Shown: positions 36,901 to 48,604 of the stretch, piece after piece
Numbering within the stretch: the first letter of the stretch is position 1
Layout of the letters: every line of letters begins with the position of its first letter
From: Lytechinus pictus
Lineage: Eukaryota
Assembly: GCF_037042905.1 (NCBI RefSeq)
Contig: NC_087252.1
Span: 17,176,001 to 17,240,000 of the forward strand
Direction: 5' to 3'
DNA: 64,000 nucleotides
Position numbers and translations under genes: made by a program
Notes under the pieces: model-generated
Seen by the model: the letters and a program-made list of their open reading frames with translations, nothing else
What the model was told of the DNA's origin: nothing
The model's database searches: none

Positions 36901-38672
36901 TTGTTTTGAAAGATAATTGCGAATATCACCAGCTTTACTTCCTCACAAAATCTGGATTTTAAAAGTGCTATATAAATTCAACTTTCTATCATTATTATTA
37001 TATAAATTTACCTTTCATTGTTTATTTGAAAATTATCCGAAGGGTACAAAAATAATATATTTTAAATGCATGTACAATATCCTCCATTTTAACTGTCAGT
37101 TGTATTCTACTTAAGGTGGCTTTCTTTCCCTTTTTGCCATGGCCTCATTGAAGCTAGGTTGAAAGATTTGCCCCAGTTTAACACTCTGCTGGTGACACGA
37201 CATTTGCTCCTGCGACAATTGCTCTGATCTTAACATCTCAGAAGGCATAGGACTTCGAGTTAGGATTTTAATAGAGTTTTTGGTTCAGAATAATGTAATT
37301 ATTATGATTAGGGTTTATTTAGTTTTAGGGGTAAGGACTTATATTTCACTTAATGTGTAGATTTCTCATCGGAGCAATTGTCGCCGGAGCAAATGTCATG
37401 GAGCCCATTCTGCTGTCCTCACTGCTACACGGTACCTCAGTTGATACGCCAGATCCGAGCATATTAAACTCTATCACCAACCGCCAATGTGATTGTACTG
37501 TATGCTGCATTTGATTTATTTTATAGCCTTTTTCTTTCATGTCATCTGCTTTTCAGCTGGTTGACCATTAATTTGTTATGAATGTTACTGCAAAAGTCTG
37601 TCATACAGTACCAATGTAAACAACTTTTATGATGCATACATATTCATTAAACTCTTAGCAATAAGGGTTATGAGTACATAATATTAAATAATCTATAATT
37701 ATTAAATAGCACTGTTTATTGTTGTTATTATCATAATTTTCATTGTTTCTAAGGTCACATATTTTAGTATTCCCTTTATCCTAACATTAACTTGACCATC
37801 AGTTCTGAACTATACGATGAAATTCTACTTACTTTGGTTTTCCTTCCTTCTTTGGCAAGAGTGTCATAGAAGGTAGGGTGAAATATCCCCCACAGTTTAA
37901 CTTTCGTTAGAGATGGTGCTGAGCATACCATCACTGCAACCTCGTTTGATATACCTGGTCCGTAGCGAGATCCAAAAGTACCAAAATCTATTTTGATCTG
38001 GAAGTAGAGCCATACATCATCAGTACATTTTCAATAGGATTGCATTATTTAATATTTAGATTGCCTCATTGAATAACTTGAAACTTTGGATTCTGCAAGA
38101 GTAAAACAGTGGTTTATACATTTTATGGATATGGTGAAGAAAGATCCAGTTGATATTATAAAGATGCCAAAGTCAGCCTACAAAGCTTTAATGTCCCTCC
38201 CTTGTTTTAATGACTTAACCATTATTGAAAAAGTGAAATTAATTTACTTTGAAAAGTGTTACAACTTTTTTATTTTACATCCGATTTTGTGTAAATTTTC
38301 AGCACTATGATAGTTTGATTTTTCTCTTATTATTCAAGTCAGCATTTTCCTGGGGTGGACTTGACCTTTGAGAAGCCTTTTTTTTCATTTTCATACCGGA
38401 GGGGTAGAAATAGTCACCGTTTCCTCTTTTTCTACATAATAATATTGCATATAGTACATACACAGGATGGACATTATCTTAGTCTAATCCAAGATTTTAA
38501 TTTGTTCATATTTATTACTAAGCAGATAGAAAGGAGACTAAAAAATATGGACTTTTATGGTTTATTATCTTTGTCGTATGCTTGTAGTCGTTAACAGACT
38601 ATTCATTCCTTATCAGATTAAACTTGTAAATTAAAGATATATTGTATTTAATAACACCACACAAAATAAAAT

Positions 38673-38726
<54 letters not shown>

Positions 38727-41700
38727 TATAGTGGTGACTTTTGTGTCTTTTATAAGATATTCAACTTACTGCTTTTGAATATATCCCAGTGGATGCATAA
38801 CCAGCTACAGTGTGTGCATTCTCAGCATTGATAATCAACTTAGATGATACCGAATTCCTTAGAAGGGCAATGGTATCTTCATCTTGACTCTCAAATGCTA
38901 CATCAACCAAGAGGTTCATCGCCTGCCATGGGTCGTCGTATTGCTTTAAGGTATACTGTCGTAACAGACTCGTGGTCGTATATTCGGCAATGTTCCTGTC
39001 CCGTGACACAGTGAAGAACAGGAGATACTTAAACTCGTCCTTCCTAGGTAGCAATACTTCTTCAAACAGCCTCTTAAACTCAATGAGATTCGAATTATAC
39101 AGAGAAGCAAGATAGACTGCAGCCATGTACTCCTGGAATAGTTTATGTGGAAATAAGGTTGTTGACTGCAAGAATGCACTGCTCTTGTCATGTATTGATG
39201 ACAGTCTTTTCTCCTGTGTTAACACCCCTACGTTGCATGCTGTCTTCAAAGAGTCTGGGATCTGTCCAAGATCTTCTTCATTGAAAATTAGGTTGTTTGA
39301 TTGTAGTCCAGTAAAAGCAACCTCAGCAATTGGTTCCATGAGTTTCTCGATTTCAAAGCGACGTGTATTGAACAATGGGCTGCCTAAATCTGTGATCTCT
39401 TTCTGGACATAACGCACCTTGAGGAATTCAAACACTTCACGGAATATTTCAGAAAAGGTTTGTAAAGACTTCAACTCTTCTTTCTTGCTGTCACCAATTT
39501 CTCTCCACATGTGACAGAGCATAGATATGTAGATAGGATATGGCGCCATATTCTCTGATATGATGTCGTTGCTTTCAAACAATTGGATGAATTCATCTGC
39601 TGTAGCCTTAGTGTCTTTAAAATAATTGCGAATGTAAACCTTAGCATTCTCCCTGCTAAAGCCTTCCACATGGATGAATGTGTATAGTGGTCTTAAGCTA
39701 TTGTTCCATCTTATTTTATTGGCCTTCCATGGACGGCTTGTAACAATGACGGGGCAAGTACGGACTTCTTCTGAGCGGAGAACATCTTCAACTACAAAAT
39801 CACCTCTCGCAACAGAATTTGCACTTGCTTCTGGGTCGAATCGTTGGCTCAAAGATGCACTTGCTGGACTCGTTTCAGATCCTACTTTGGCTTCTGGCTG
39901 AGCACCTTCTATTTCTTGTTTGGTTTCAGTGTCCTGTATAATCTTGCCACTAAACTCATCTAATCCATCACAGGCAATTAATACATTTTCTGGATTTGAA
40001 CGGATGTATTCAGTGATCTGGCAGGCTGCTGCTGGGTTGTCCTTTGAGAGATATGATTTGACTATCTTACCTATTGTGTATCGCTTGGCTTCACGCAGAC
40101 GGATAAGAAGTACCCACACAAACTTTGACAGATCTGGACTATCGTTTATCCAGTCCCATGCAATCTTAGCCAAGAATGTTGTCTTCCCGGCCCCTGCCTC
40201 TCCTTGGACCATAATCCGTTTGGGGAACTCTCCATTGACTTTGAGATTAAAGAGATCCTTGTATTCAATTTGACTCCTTTCGTTTTTATTTTCCTTTTCC
40301 AGAAAAAGGTTTGTGTACATATCTTCGAATGGAACAACAGAATCAGGATCTAGTGGGTCGGCTCTTATCATACAGAAATCAGTCCTGTACTTGAATTGGA
40401 GCTCAACTCTACATCTCTTGATCAGGTCAGGGAAAAGTGGTTGGATGATTGATCCTTGTATTGTCATGGGTGCACCTATGAAAGAAAGTGACTTGTTTTA
40501 AATTTACATTATATGAAGTAATCATACACAAAATAAGGGAGAGCACTATTTTTGTAGCGCTCCGTCTTGCAGAAGATTTTGGTGTAAGTTTGGGCATTTC
40601 GGAGCGATCGGCTATTGGAGGTCGAGCGCAAGGAAGAAAGCCAGTGGGCAAAGTTCAGTGACGTTCTAGTCAACCCTACATGTATCAAGACCAATTGCTA
40701 ATCGTTCTCGTCTTGCTTGAAGATTTGTTAGTCCTAAAAGTTACAATGACTGTTGGTAGTTGTGATTTCACCGACCAAGCAAAAGCCGGCACACTCTAAT
40801 TTTAGATTCTTTAATTTTTTTTAAATTTACTCTCAGTCCGGAGTGCCAAACTGGGAACGATATTCTACCACGGGTCGAATGGTATCAAACGATTTTGAAG
40901 TTGTCTTAACCCTCTCAGAGTACGAAGCATCTGTAGCCTCTTGCTTGTTTGCCTGATCATTTCATTCACTTGGCTTTACCATTTTAGTTCATTTTTAAAA
41001 AGTACTCTTAAAGCCGAAAAAACAACTTTGTTTCTTTTTTGTTTACAAAGTCAATGCAAAATTACAATTTACAAAGGGGTGATCATTTTTTTTCTTTTTA
41101 ATGGGTCTGCTTAATTATTTGAGGGTTCGATCTGATTGTTGAATGGTTTGTAATGATTTCTATTAAAAAAGCAACGAAAAATAAAAGAAAAAAAGGAAAA
41201 AAAACTTTCGCATTTTTTTTTTTCGTCTAGACCTATATACAAGTATTGGTAGATATAATCTTGAAAATCAATAAAATTACACCAAAGTGAATTGGGCATT
41301 TAATATGCAACTAATATTTTCATGAATACATTTTCACATATCATTTATTATAATTGAAAGAAAATCAATTTATTTTTGTTATACTCGCTTGTAATTTAGG
41401 TTGTAAATAATGTGAGTGCCACATAATGATGCAATCAGATGTTATCTTATAGTACATCTGAAACACTTGTAGCCAGGTCATTTTAAGGTGAATGCCAAAT
41501 GTATCAAATTAAAGGGAGGACGTCCCCCCCCCCCCCCTCCCAACTAAAGTTTGATTTCAATAAAACAACAAATCAAACAAAGATATCACAGAAGACATAA
41601 TCGGAATGGAATATCAAAAAAGAAAGTTCCGACATTTTAGGATTTCACTTAATGTCCCAGATGTAACTCACCATTTGTTTTGCATTTTATTGCTTGAGTA

Positions 41701-41949
41701 ATACAACGTTTCATCTGTTGTACATGTAGAGTTGACAATATGCAAACTCTTCTTCAAATCTTATGTTACAACAAAAGCAATTGTATGCTCAGGGTAAAAT
41801 GAGTATAAACTTAAATTTTTGCACATTTCATGTAATAAGAGGCAAAAGCCATTGTGACTAGTGCACTATTGGATGATGTCATCCGATCCCTCATTTGTAT
41901 AATAGCTTAATTGTAAAGTCCGATGAAACTTTAAAATGTTTATATAATG

Positions 41950-42010
<61 letters not shown>

Positions 42011-45000
42011 GAGCTCCGTTGCAAAAACGGGGGTTAGATCCATTTTTCATGAAATTTGATTTTGCTGTGTGTTTCAATTTATAGAACTTTCAGTAGCTAT
42101 ATAAGATGATACTAAAGAAAAGTTGAATTTTCCATTAAAAGTGATAAAAATGTTTTTTTTTTTTTCAAAAGGGGTTGGATCCATTTCAGTTTTCTTGCAA
42201 AAGGGGTTACATCCAGAAAGGAAATTTTAGGAAAAATATGTTTTGAAAAATATGAAGACAGGTAGATTTCTATTATACTCAATACACAATTCGCGTGATA
42301 GGGTATCATGAAAATTTAGTTTTTAGTTTCGCATAAAAAAATTGCAATATGAGAGAATAAGTTGGAGTGGATCTAATCCCTTTTTCAAACAAACTTTTAT
42401 GAAGAGCTCATTTGTCAAAAGGGGTTAGATCCATTTTTCATAAAATTTTATTGTCTTTTGTCTCAACACCTATAGATTTTTAGTCGGTCTGATGATACTT
42501 GAAAATTTGAAATTCCCATTAAAACGTGAATAAAAGTGGCAAAGAAAAATCACTTTTTATTCAAAATGGATTGGATCAATTTCAGTTTGCTTTCAAAAGG
42601 GATTAGATCCAAAATGGTAATTTTTTGAAGAAAAAAAATATTAAAACAAAATTGAAGACAGGTAGATTTTTTCATGGAGCTATGATTTTTTATTCCCCTT
42701 TTTTTTAGTACATAATGAAAATTTAGATTATCATAGGAATAATGCAAGATGGGAGCATATAAACATGATTTTTCTCGGAATGGTCCAAAGTGGATCTAAC
42801 CTCTTTATGCAACCAAACTCTTCATATATATAGGATATATATATATATTTTTTTCAAACATTAAATTTTAGATGAAATGTTCAGGTTTTTTTTTTTAGCT
42901 TGATTAATTTCTCTCTTATTCAAATCAACTTTCGTGTAAGGGAGGAGTAAGTGGACGTACCCTACAAGGTGCACAGTATCAGATTTAGCAGATTCACAAA
43001 AAGAAATTATAAACACATTGAATTATTATTCCAATTGAACATCTGAGTTCTGGACAATACTTTTGAGCTAATCTTATACTCACTTGTCTTGACTGGAGCT
43101 CCTGTCAATAAATCATCGGAAAGGGAACCCATTTCACTCTCGTGTAATGCATCTGCAAGAAGAGTCCTGATGTTTGTGCCTGGAAGTTGTTTATCCCTCC
43201 ATCCACAGAACATTTTGATCAATGCATCCTTGGTATCTATGGCGCATTGTTTGATTTGTGCAAGTTCAGCGAGGGAATACCCGAGATTAACACCTAACTC
43301 ATCATAGCTTCCCGGTGCAATTCGCTTTGACAGCTTTATCAGCTCCTTGTCACTGACATTGCTGCTGTAAATCAATAACAACATGTTTCTCATAAGAATT
43401 TCTTAGAAATGCCTACCCCTTTCTTATACATGTAGCTTGGCCCAAACTTATAACTTAGATATTAACACGTAATATATCTGTGGTTCAATTACTGAGATAA
43501 GATAGGTTCTGGAGTTTCCTGACTAAATGCCAATCTCTAGCTTAATTCAATTATTGCCTAATGAATAACTAATTATTTAAAATAAATCAGCAGTGGCGTA
43601 CCATGGGTCACGGCCTTGGGGTGGGCACCAGCATTTTGCTTTAACTCACTAAATTAAGTGCCTATTGAGCGCAATAGCCAGGTTTATTGGCCTAATAGAG
43701 ACATGTTAGGGACTGTGCCATTAAAAGAATATGTATCGCACTAAAATAATGTGAGCAAGTTTTATAGGAATTATTGAAGAGCATACATATCTCACAATAT
43801 TCATCTAATGCGAGCGCCAAGCCCAATTCTGATTTTTTTTTTCTTCTTCTTTTTGGAATTACACCTAAACACATGAAGCTCTTTTTGTAGTCGTTGTAAC
43901 GATAAACATGATACCTATTTTACGAATTAAACATTGCGAACGTGAAGGGCAAGCTAATTTTTTTTGTTATTCAGACTTTGTTTTATTTATATTTATTTTC
44001 ATTTTCGGTTTTATTTAATCAGGGTGGCCTTTTTCAGTTACACAACCTGCTGTACGTCCTCTAGGGCCCTGAGATAAAAATCAATTATGTACAATATTTG
44101 CAAAGAATATGTAAATAAAAATGGCATGTACAGGTATCACAGTATTACTAAAAACACATTCATATAATACACATTAAAATTCAATCAAATAAGAGATCAA
44201 AATTAAATTGCAAGAAAAGATTACTGTAAAGTTAAGACAAAAGGAAACTGCTAATTATGATTTAACGGGAATATTAAGGGTGAGTGATAATAGAGTATTG
44301 TTCAGCTGATTGAAAAAAAATGAGTAGATGTCTAGTAATGATTATCAATTAGAAATTAGAATTTGAGTAAAATGTTGCTAAATAAATATATAAATCAACT
44401 ACGCAATGCTGCACCTCTTGCATTGCAAGGCTTATAAATTTTCCATCCATTAAATGGAGCATGGAATGAGTTGAGGGATGTTGTTTGGTGCTAAGATTAT
44501 TCCACTCCTCGGTTCCCATGGTCCCGATGTATTTAAAAGTCCTCTTGCCACTGTTATTGTGCGGAGGAACAATGTTTACCTGAAAGATGGAAGTGGACAT
44601 TGATATAGTCCTTGTACCATAATTAGGATTAATGAATCGTTCACTTAAATATGAGGAGCAATATATTTAACAATATGCAGATATTGCCTACCTAGAGTTT
44701 GAATGTAACATTTCATTTCCCCGACGGAGGTATATTTTTCCCAATGGATTATATTTTGCCCGGTTATACATGCACTATGCAATTATTGTGTTCATTTTGT
44801 ATTCATTCCTCCTAATATTTATGGCCACCTATTGATTGGTTTTGTATGTAAAATCTGCTACTTCTTTAGTAATTGTTTGATGTTGTAACTTTTTATCGTT
44901 TGCCAATCAGACAAATTGTTTGTGAAATTTGTGATTTGATATTGATTTCCCAATAAAACATATAGTTATATATTTAAAAATGGCATTTCCGATACTGGTA

Positions 45001-45494
45001 CCACACGGAGACAGAAGGTTCCATGACATTTGCTCTGGCGACAATTGCTCCGCTATACATTTCACACACTAAGTAGTAAGGAAATGACTTACTTCAACCC
45101 TGTAATAAACAATATAGCAAACCCTGAACCTAACCCTAAACTTAATTTATTGCAACCAAACCCTAGTATACCTTAGATGAAAGAAAACCTGAAGTAAGTG
45201 TCGCAGGTGCAAATGTTGGTGTCACTGCTTACGAATCTAGGGACGGTACATGTGACTTCTAATGAAGAAATAAGGGGATATAATTTAATTTATAATCTTA
45301 GCAATTGTTTCCAACTAAATCAACATCATTTCAAGGGGATATAAAGCAGAGATTGGGAATGAAAGTTAGTGACTATATTGTCACTAACGCATTTTTACCT
45401 GTGCATTATTTGTATATACTAACCTTGGTCCAGGATTGACCTCAATATCGCCACATTTCATCAGGATCAAGGTAAAATATAGAAGCCAATGCAT
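27863..45494 (-). CDS. Spliced NLR gene: 2A-like signal peptide-DEATH-NACHT-LRR. complement join(45424-45494,43084-43364,38770-40475,37833-37997,36317-36484,28207-28382,27863-27955); exon 6 is frameshifted in this sequence
   Basis: GT-AG introns with matching phases (2,1,0,0,0,0); exons 1-3 total 2058 nt (686 codons). DEATH-NACHT-LRR is the typical architecture of the expanded echinoid NLR family. Confidence 0.88.
28207..28382 (-). pseudogene. NLR exon 6: LRR exon paralogous to exon 5, disrupted by an 8-bp insertion
   Basis: 176 nt versus 168 nt for exon 5. Removing 8 nt (28324-28331) restores 56 codons (VHTLQIMMDKDLSSASSCHLVEALSSLPNLINLELIGVVKQKEFCRHLIEQAPFLR). As it stands a TAG is reached at 28313-28311. 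Splice sites are intact. Confidence 0.8.
28592..33080. mobile_element. Array of inverted-repeat-bounded non-autonomous modules (A, X, Y) in both orientations; possibly Crypton-type
   Basis: Order A-X-Y-f-(X-Y-X)inverted-A-X-Y-X'-Y-f; 28592-29685 recurs near-identically about 1995 bp downstream. Confidence 0.75.
36317..36484 (-). CDS. NLR exon 5: LRR exon (56 codons); not in ORF track
   Basis: VHTFEIRNFQPLSSASSHQLAEAICSLPDLDNLTLRGDGFQEEFYSHLNAKASTLK; AG / GTATGT; phase 0-0. Confidence 0.87.
37190..37405. mobile_element. MITE-like element with telomere-like internal motifs; inverted copy at ~45018-45225
   Basis: GACATTTGCTCC.GCGACAATTGCTC / GAGCAATTGTCGCCGGAGCAAATGTC arms; internal TTAGGG-like motifs. 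Confidence 0.65.
37833..37997 (-). CDS. NLR exon 4: LRR-region exon (55 codons); not in ORF track
   Basis: IKIDFGTFGSRYGPGISNEVAVMVCSAPSLTKVKLWGIFHPTFYDTLAKEGRKTK; cttccAG / GTAAGT; phase 0-0. Confidence 0.85.
38677..38722. repeat. (TA)n microsatellite; another at ~41953-42006
   Basis: Perfect TA run. Confidence 0.95.
38770..40475 (-). CDS. NLR exon 3: NACHT NTPase and helical domains
   Basis: Walker A GEAGAGKTT (40177-40203), Walker B LIACDGLDEF, sensor-1 VIVTSRP, winged-helix FPHKLFQEYMAA; ctttcatAG acceptor and GTAAGT donor. Confidence 0.95.
42005..42827. mobile_element. Dimeric MITE-like element, same family as 9707-10537, opposite orientation, abutting (TA)n
   Basis: TATGAAGAG...CTCTTCATA termini; subrepeat variant GGGGTTAGATCCA. 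Confidence 0.7.
43084..43364 (-). CDS. NLR exon 2: DEATH domain
   Basis: VSDKELIKLSKRI...YDELGVNLGYSLAELAQIK...ALIKMFCGWRDKQ...LLADAL; tandem CAGCAG acceptor (exon start 43364 or 43361); GTGAGT donor; phase 2-1. Confidence 0.88.
44430..44660 (-). mobile_element. CR1/L2-group LINE 3' fragment
   Basis: SGKRTFKYIG...EWNNL resembles the LINE ORF2 C-terminus. Confidence 0.5.
45424..45494 (-). CDS. NLR exon 1: MHWLLYFTLILMKCGDIEVNPGP, hydrophobic signal-like peptide with 2A/StopGo motif
   Basis: ATG in CCACCATG context with in-frame stops upstream; exact D(V/I)ExNPGP match; GTTAGT donor in phase 2 matches the DEATH exon acceptor; strong acceptor for the exon's UTR part at 45557-45558. Confidence 0.88.
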
Positions 45495-45897
45495 GGTGGA
45501 AGATTTCTATTTCATTCAAACAGGAACTCAAAACAATTGCAATAGCCACACGAATTCTGTAATAGATTAAAAAGAAGAAAATTTATAATACCCAATACCA
45601 GAAAACTGCTCCTTTGTAAATGAACAGATACTTATCACATATGAGATGCACATAATCAGGTGACGATGATTATCAATGCTTCAAAGGAAGGCTCGCGTTA
45701 TTTATCCAGCTCTTTGTAAGTCCAGGTCAAGAGCAAATGTAGATATATGATAACCGAGTATCCAATGTACTTCACATTAATTATTGACCCTCAACGAAGC
45801 TGTAGCCTTTTTTTTGTTCCAGTTCACTTTTTTCTTCTTCTCGATCATGTCGAAAATGATAAATCTTTGGGTATAACATTATTAATTAATATTTTTA

Positions 45898-46545
45898 GTA
45901 GACAAGTGGAACTCCCCTGGCAGTCTCGCCTGCATTGTGCGATTCAATACTTTGAAAACGACTATTGAATAGTTAGTCACAAAAACACCATTCATACGAC
46001 AATAAGACTATATTCGTTTACTATAGATAACTTTTGACCTGGATCATGTGACCTAAGACTCGTGCAAAACAATTAATGATAACTGATTGCTCTTACGTCG
46101 TAAAGTCATAAACTAGATCCATTAACTTTCAAAGTTATTATGGCAATCCAAAAATACCCAAAGATATGTTCAAAGTTCTTCGACCTTGGCCATGTTATCT
46201 GAAGGACGTTTAATGATACTTCATTACTTCTATGCCTAAATATAATTAACAAGATCCATAAACTTTCAAAGTTATGGCGAAATTTCTAAACTTAACCCTA
46301 GTGGTCAAGACTTTGATGTTGATTTCCCCAACATGGTCTAAGTCCATTGAACATAAACGACCTTTGACCTTGATTATGTGACGTGAAACTCAGGCAGGAT
46401 GTTTAGTAATACTTGAGTATCCTTATATCATGTATATGTCCAAGTTTCATGAACTAGCTTCATATACTTTTTAAGTTCTAAATCATGTTGACGAATATCG
46501 CCGTCGCCTTGGCCGCCACAGCAGTCTGAAAAGCGACGCCTTTAA
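45898..46545. repeat. Interspersed repeat with ~150-bp internal units containing TGACCT motifs
   Basis: Recurring TTGACCT.G..CATGTGACC and CTAGATCCAT.AACTTTCAAAGTTA units. Confidence 0.5.
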
Positions 46546-47239
46546 GTAAATAAATACATTTTTTTTTTAATCGCTCACGTTACGGGAACTGTCATGATTG
46601 TGGAAAGTGGTCAGAATATGCAACCTAAAGCTCTGTCTGCATGGAATTGACATGCTTGACCACACATACAGTTGTGCTTGCACTGGTACGGTTTCGAGAC
46701 CAACATCCACTAATTGTCGATCAAACTTTCAAACATGGTCTCGATTGTTTAGCTTCCATCTTGTCATTCTTTCTTTTTATCTCCCTCTCAGATCTACATG
46801 TATTTCTTTCTTTTTTCCTAGCTGATATTTTGTTCACCTAGGTGGGGTAATTCTTACCCCGATCCACCCTCGAATGATTCAATAGACGAAACGACCAATA
46901 CTAGAATAAATAACATATCAGTTTTCTTCATCCATCAGTACATACAAAATTGAAAGATATATGAATCCTATTTTTGAATTTCTTTCTTGTCTTATTTGAT
47001 TTTCCAATCTAAATTTCCTACGTGTTTCTACGTACGACCTTTTTTAAATTGACGACATCCAGCTGGTAGTAAGATGTGCTTTTCATATAAGAAAGTATGA
47101 CAAAAAAAACCCAAGAGGCCTTGAACATGCCCAATTCCCAAAACATTATGTATAATACATTGTAAAGAATTGTCAAGATAAAACAGACATGATACGAACC
47201 GAATTATATCAACAGAGGCAGAAGAACAAAAGATGACAA

Positions 47240-48430
47240 TTTACAATAAAGAAATGACTACGCATACTTTAGATAAAGAAACTGCTTCAATTTTTTTAAA
47301 GGAATTAACTGACTTACATTCAATTACATCTTTAGGGGCCGATTTCCAAATTACAGGGAAATTGTTTCGTACAGTCGGTACAGATTTCATTACATTATTA
47401 GTTCTAACAGGGTGCTGTGATGGCGAATTTAGTGATTGAGAGTAAATAATTCATGTAATTTATTCTGAAAATAGAGAAAACCAAGTAGAGCAATAGTACA
47501 ATAAACATGAACATCGAGACCTAAGTTTTCTCAACAGTTGGGCAAAGTGAGTATGATAGGGACATCTCATGCAAATACGAATGTTTTTTTTTCTGAAATT
47601 TAAGTTATTTGTCTAATTTCTTTCGATTACAATTTCTCTAAAACAATACTTAAGATATGAGAGCATGAAAGAATTATAATTAATCATTTGTGCAGGATAA
47701 TAATACATTTAGATACTTTTTAATGACTTTTTGTACATGGGTGTCCCATATCGCATATCATGATCGATTTATACACCAAACACTATTTACTTTATTAATT
47801 GGAATTTTGTCAATTTGAATTAATATCAGTTAACAAATTAGAAATATGAAACTGTCTATGGAAAAGGGTAATATAATTTGTCTCACCAGGATTTATTAAT
47901 AACCTGTTTGCTTTAAACCATGTCGTTACTTCATCTAATTCGACATTGATATCATTTTTGTAAGTTAAGATATTGTAAGGTTGGAATCTAATTTATTACA
48001 GGTATGTATGAGATCATTGATATTAATCAACAACAATAGCAAACCGAGGATAGAACCTTGCTGTACACAATGCGTGATACTGGAAAATCCTGATGAATTA
48101 TCATAAAAAACAACATATTGGGATCTATCAGAACGATAACTTTTGAAACAAGGGAGTAGCAAGCCCCTTACCCCATAGTGTTCGGACTTGGAAAGAAGTA
48201 TTTTGTGATTAATAATATCAAAAGCTTTAGAAACGTCCATGAATTTCCAGTGCAAAATTTTTATTAATAAATAACTGTCAGTCAAGAGTATATTTTTAAT
48301 TAGACAAAATTAATAGAATATATTTTACAAGAACTTAGAAATAGAGGTAGAATGGATGCAGGTCTATAATTATCAAATTTTACGAGGTTCATATTTTTAA
48401 AATACTGTGGTTATCTAAGCTTTGCAATAT
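47240..48430 (-). mobile_element. CR1/L2-group LINE reverse transcriptase remnant
   Basis: FMDVSKAFDIINHKILLSK.EHYGVRG...KSY.SDRSQYV...VQQGSILG (ORF 47965-48285); outer limits approximate. Confidence 0.85.
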
Positions 48431-48521
48431 AGAGTAATAATCATTTTCGTTAAATAAGTAGGCCTACTAATTGTCATCAAGTCCATGGGGCATTTCATCA
48501 ACATTTTTTGGGGAAAATATG

Positions 48522-48604
48522 ATCGTTGTTGGATTGACTTCCGAGTATGATCATGGGTGATCAGATCACCCATGATCATACTCGGAAGTCAATCCAACAA
48601 CGAT
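48522..48604. repeat. Perfect inverted repeat, 41-bp arms, 1-nt spacer
   Basis: 48522-48562 is the exact reverse complement of 48564-48604. Confidence 0.95.

Noticed and set aside
40427..40694. Minus-strand ORFs directly upstream of the NACHT exon
   Set aside because: The DEATH exon joins the acceptor at 40476-40477 in the correct phase, so this region is intronic; no motifs.
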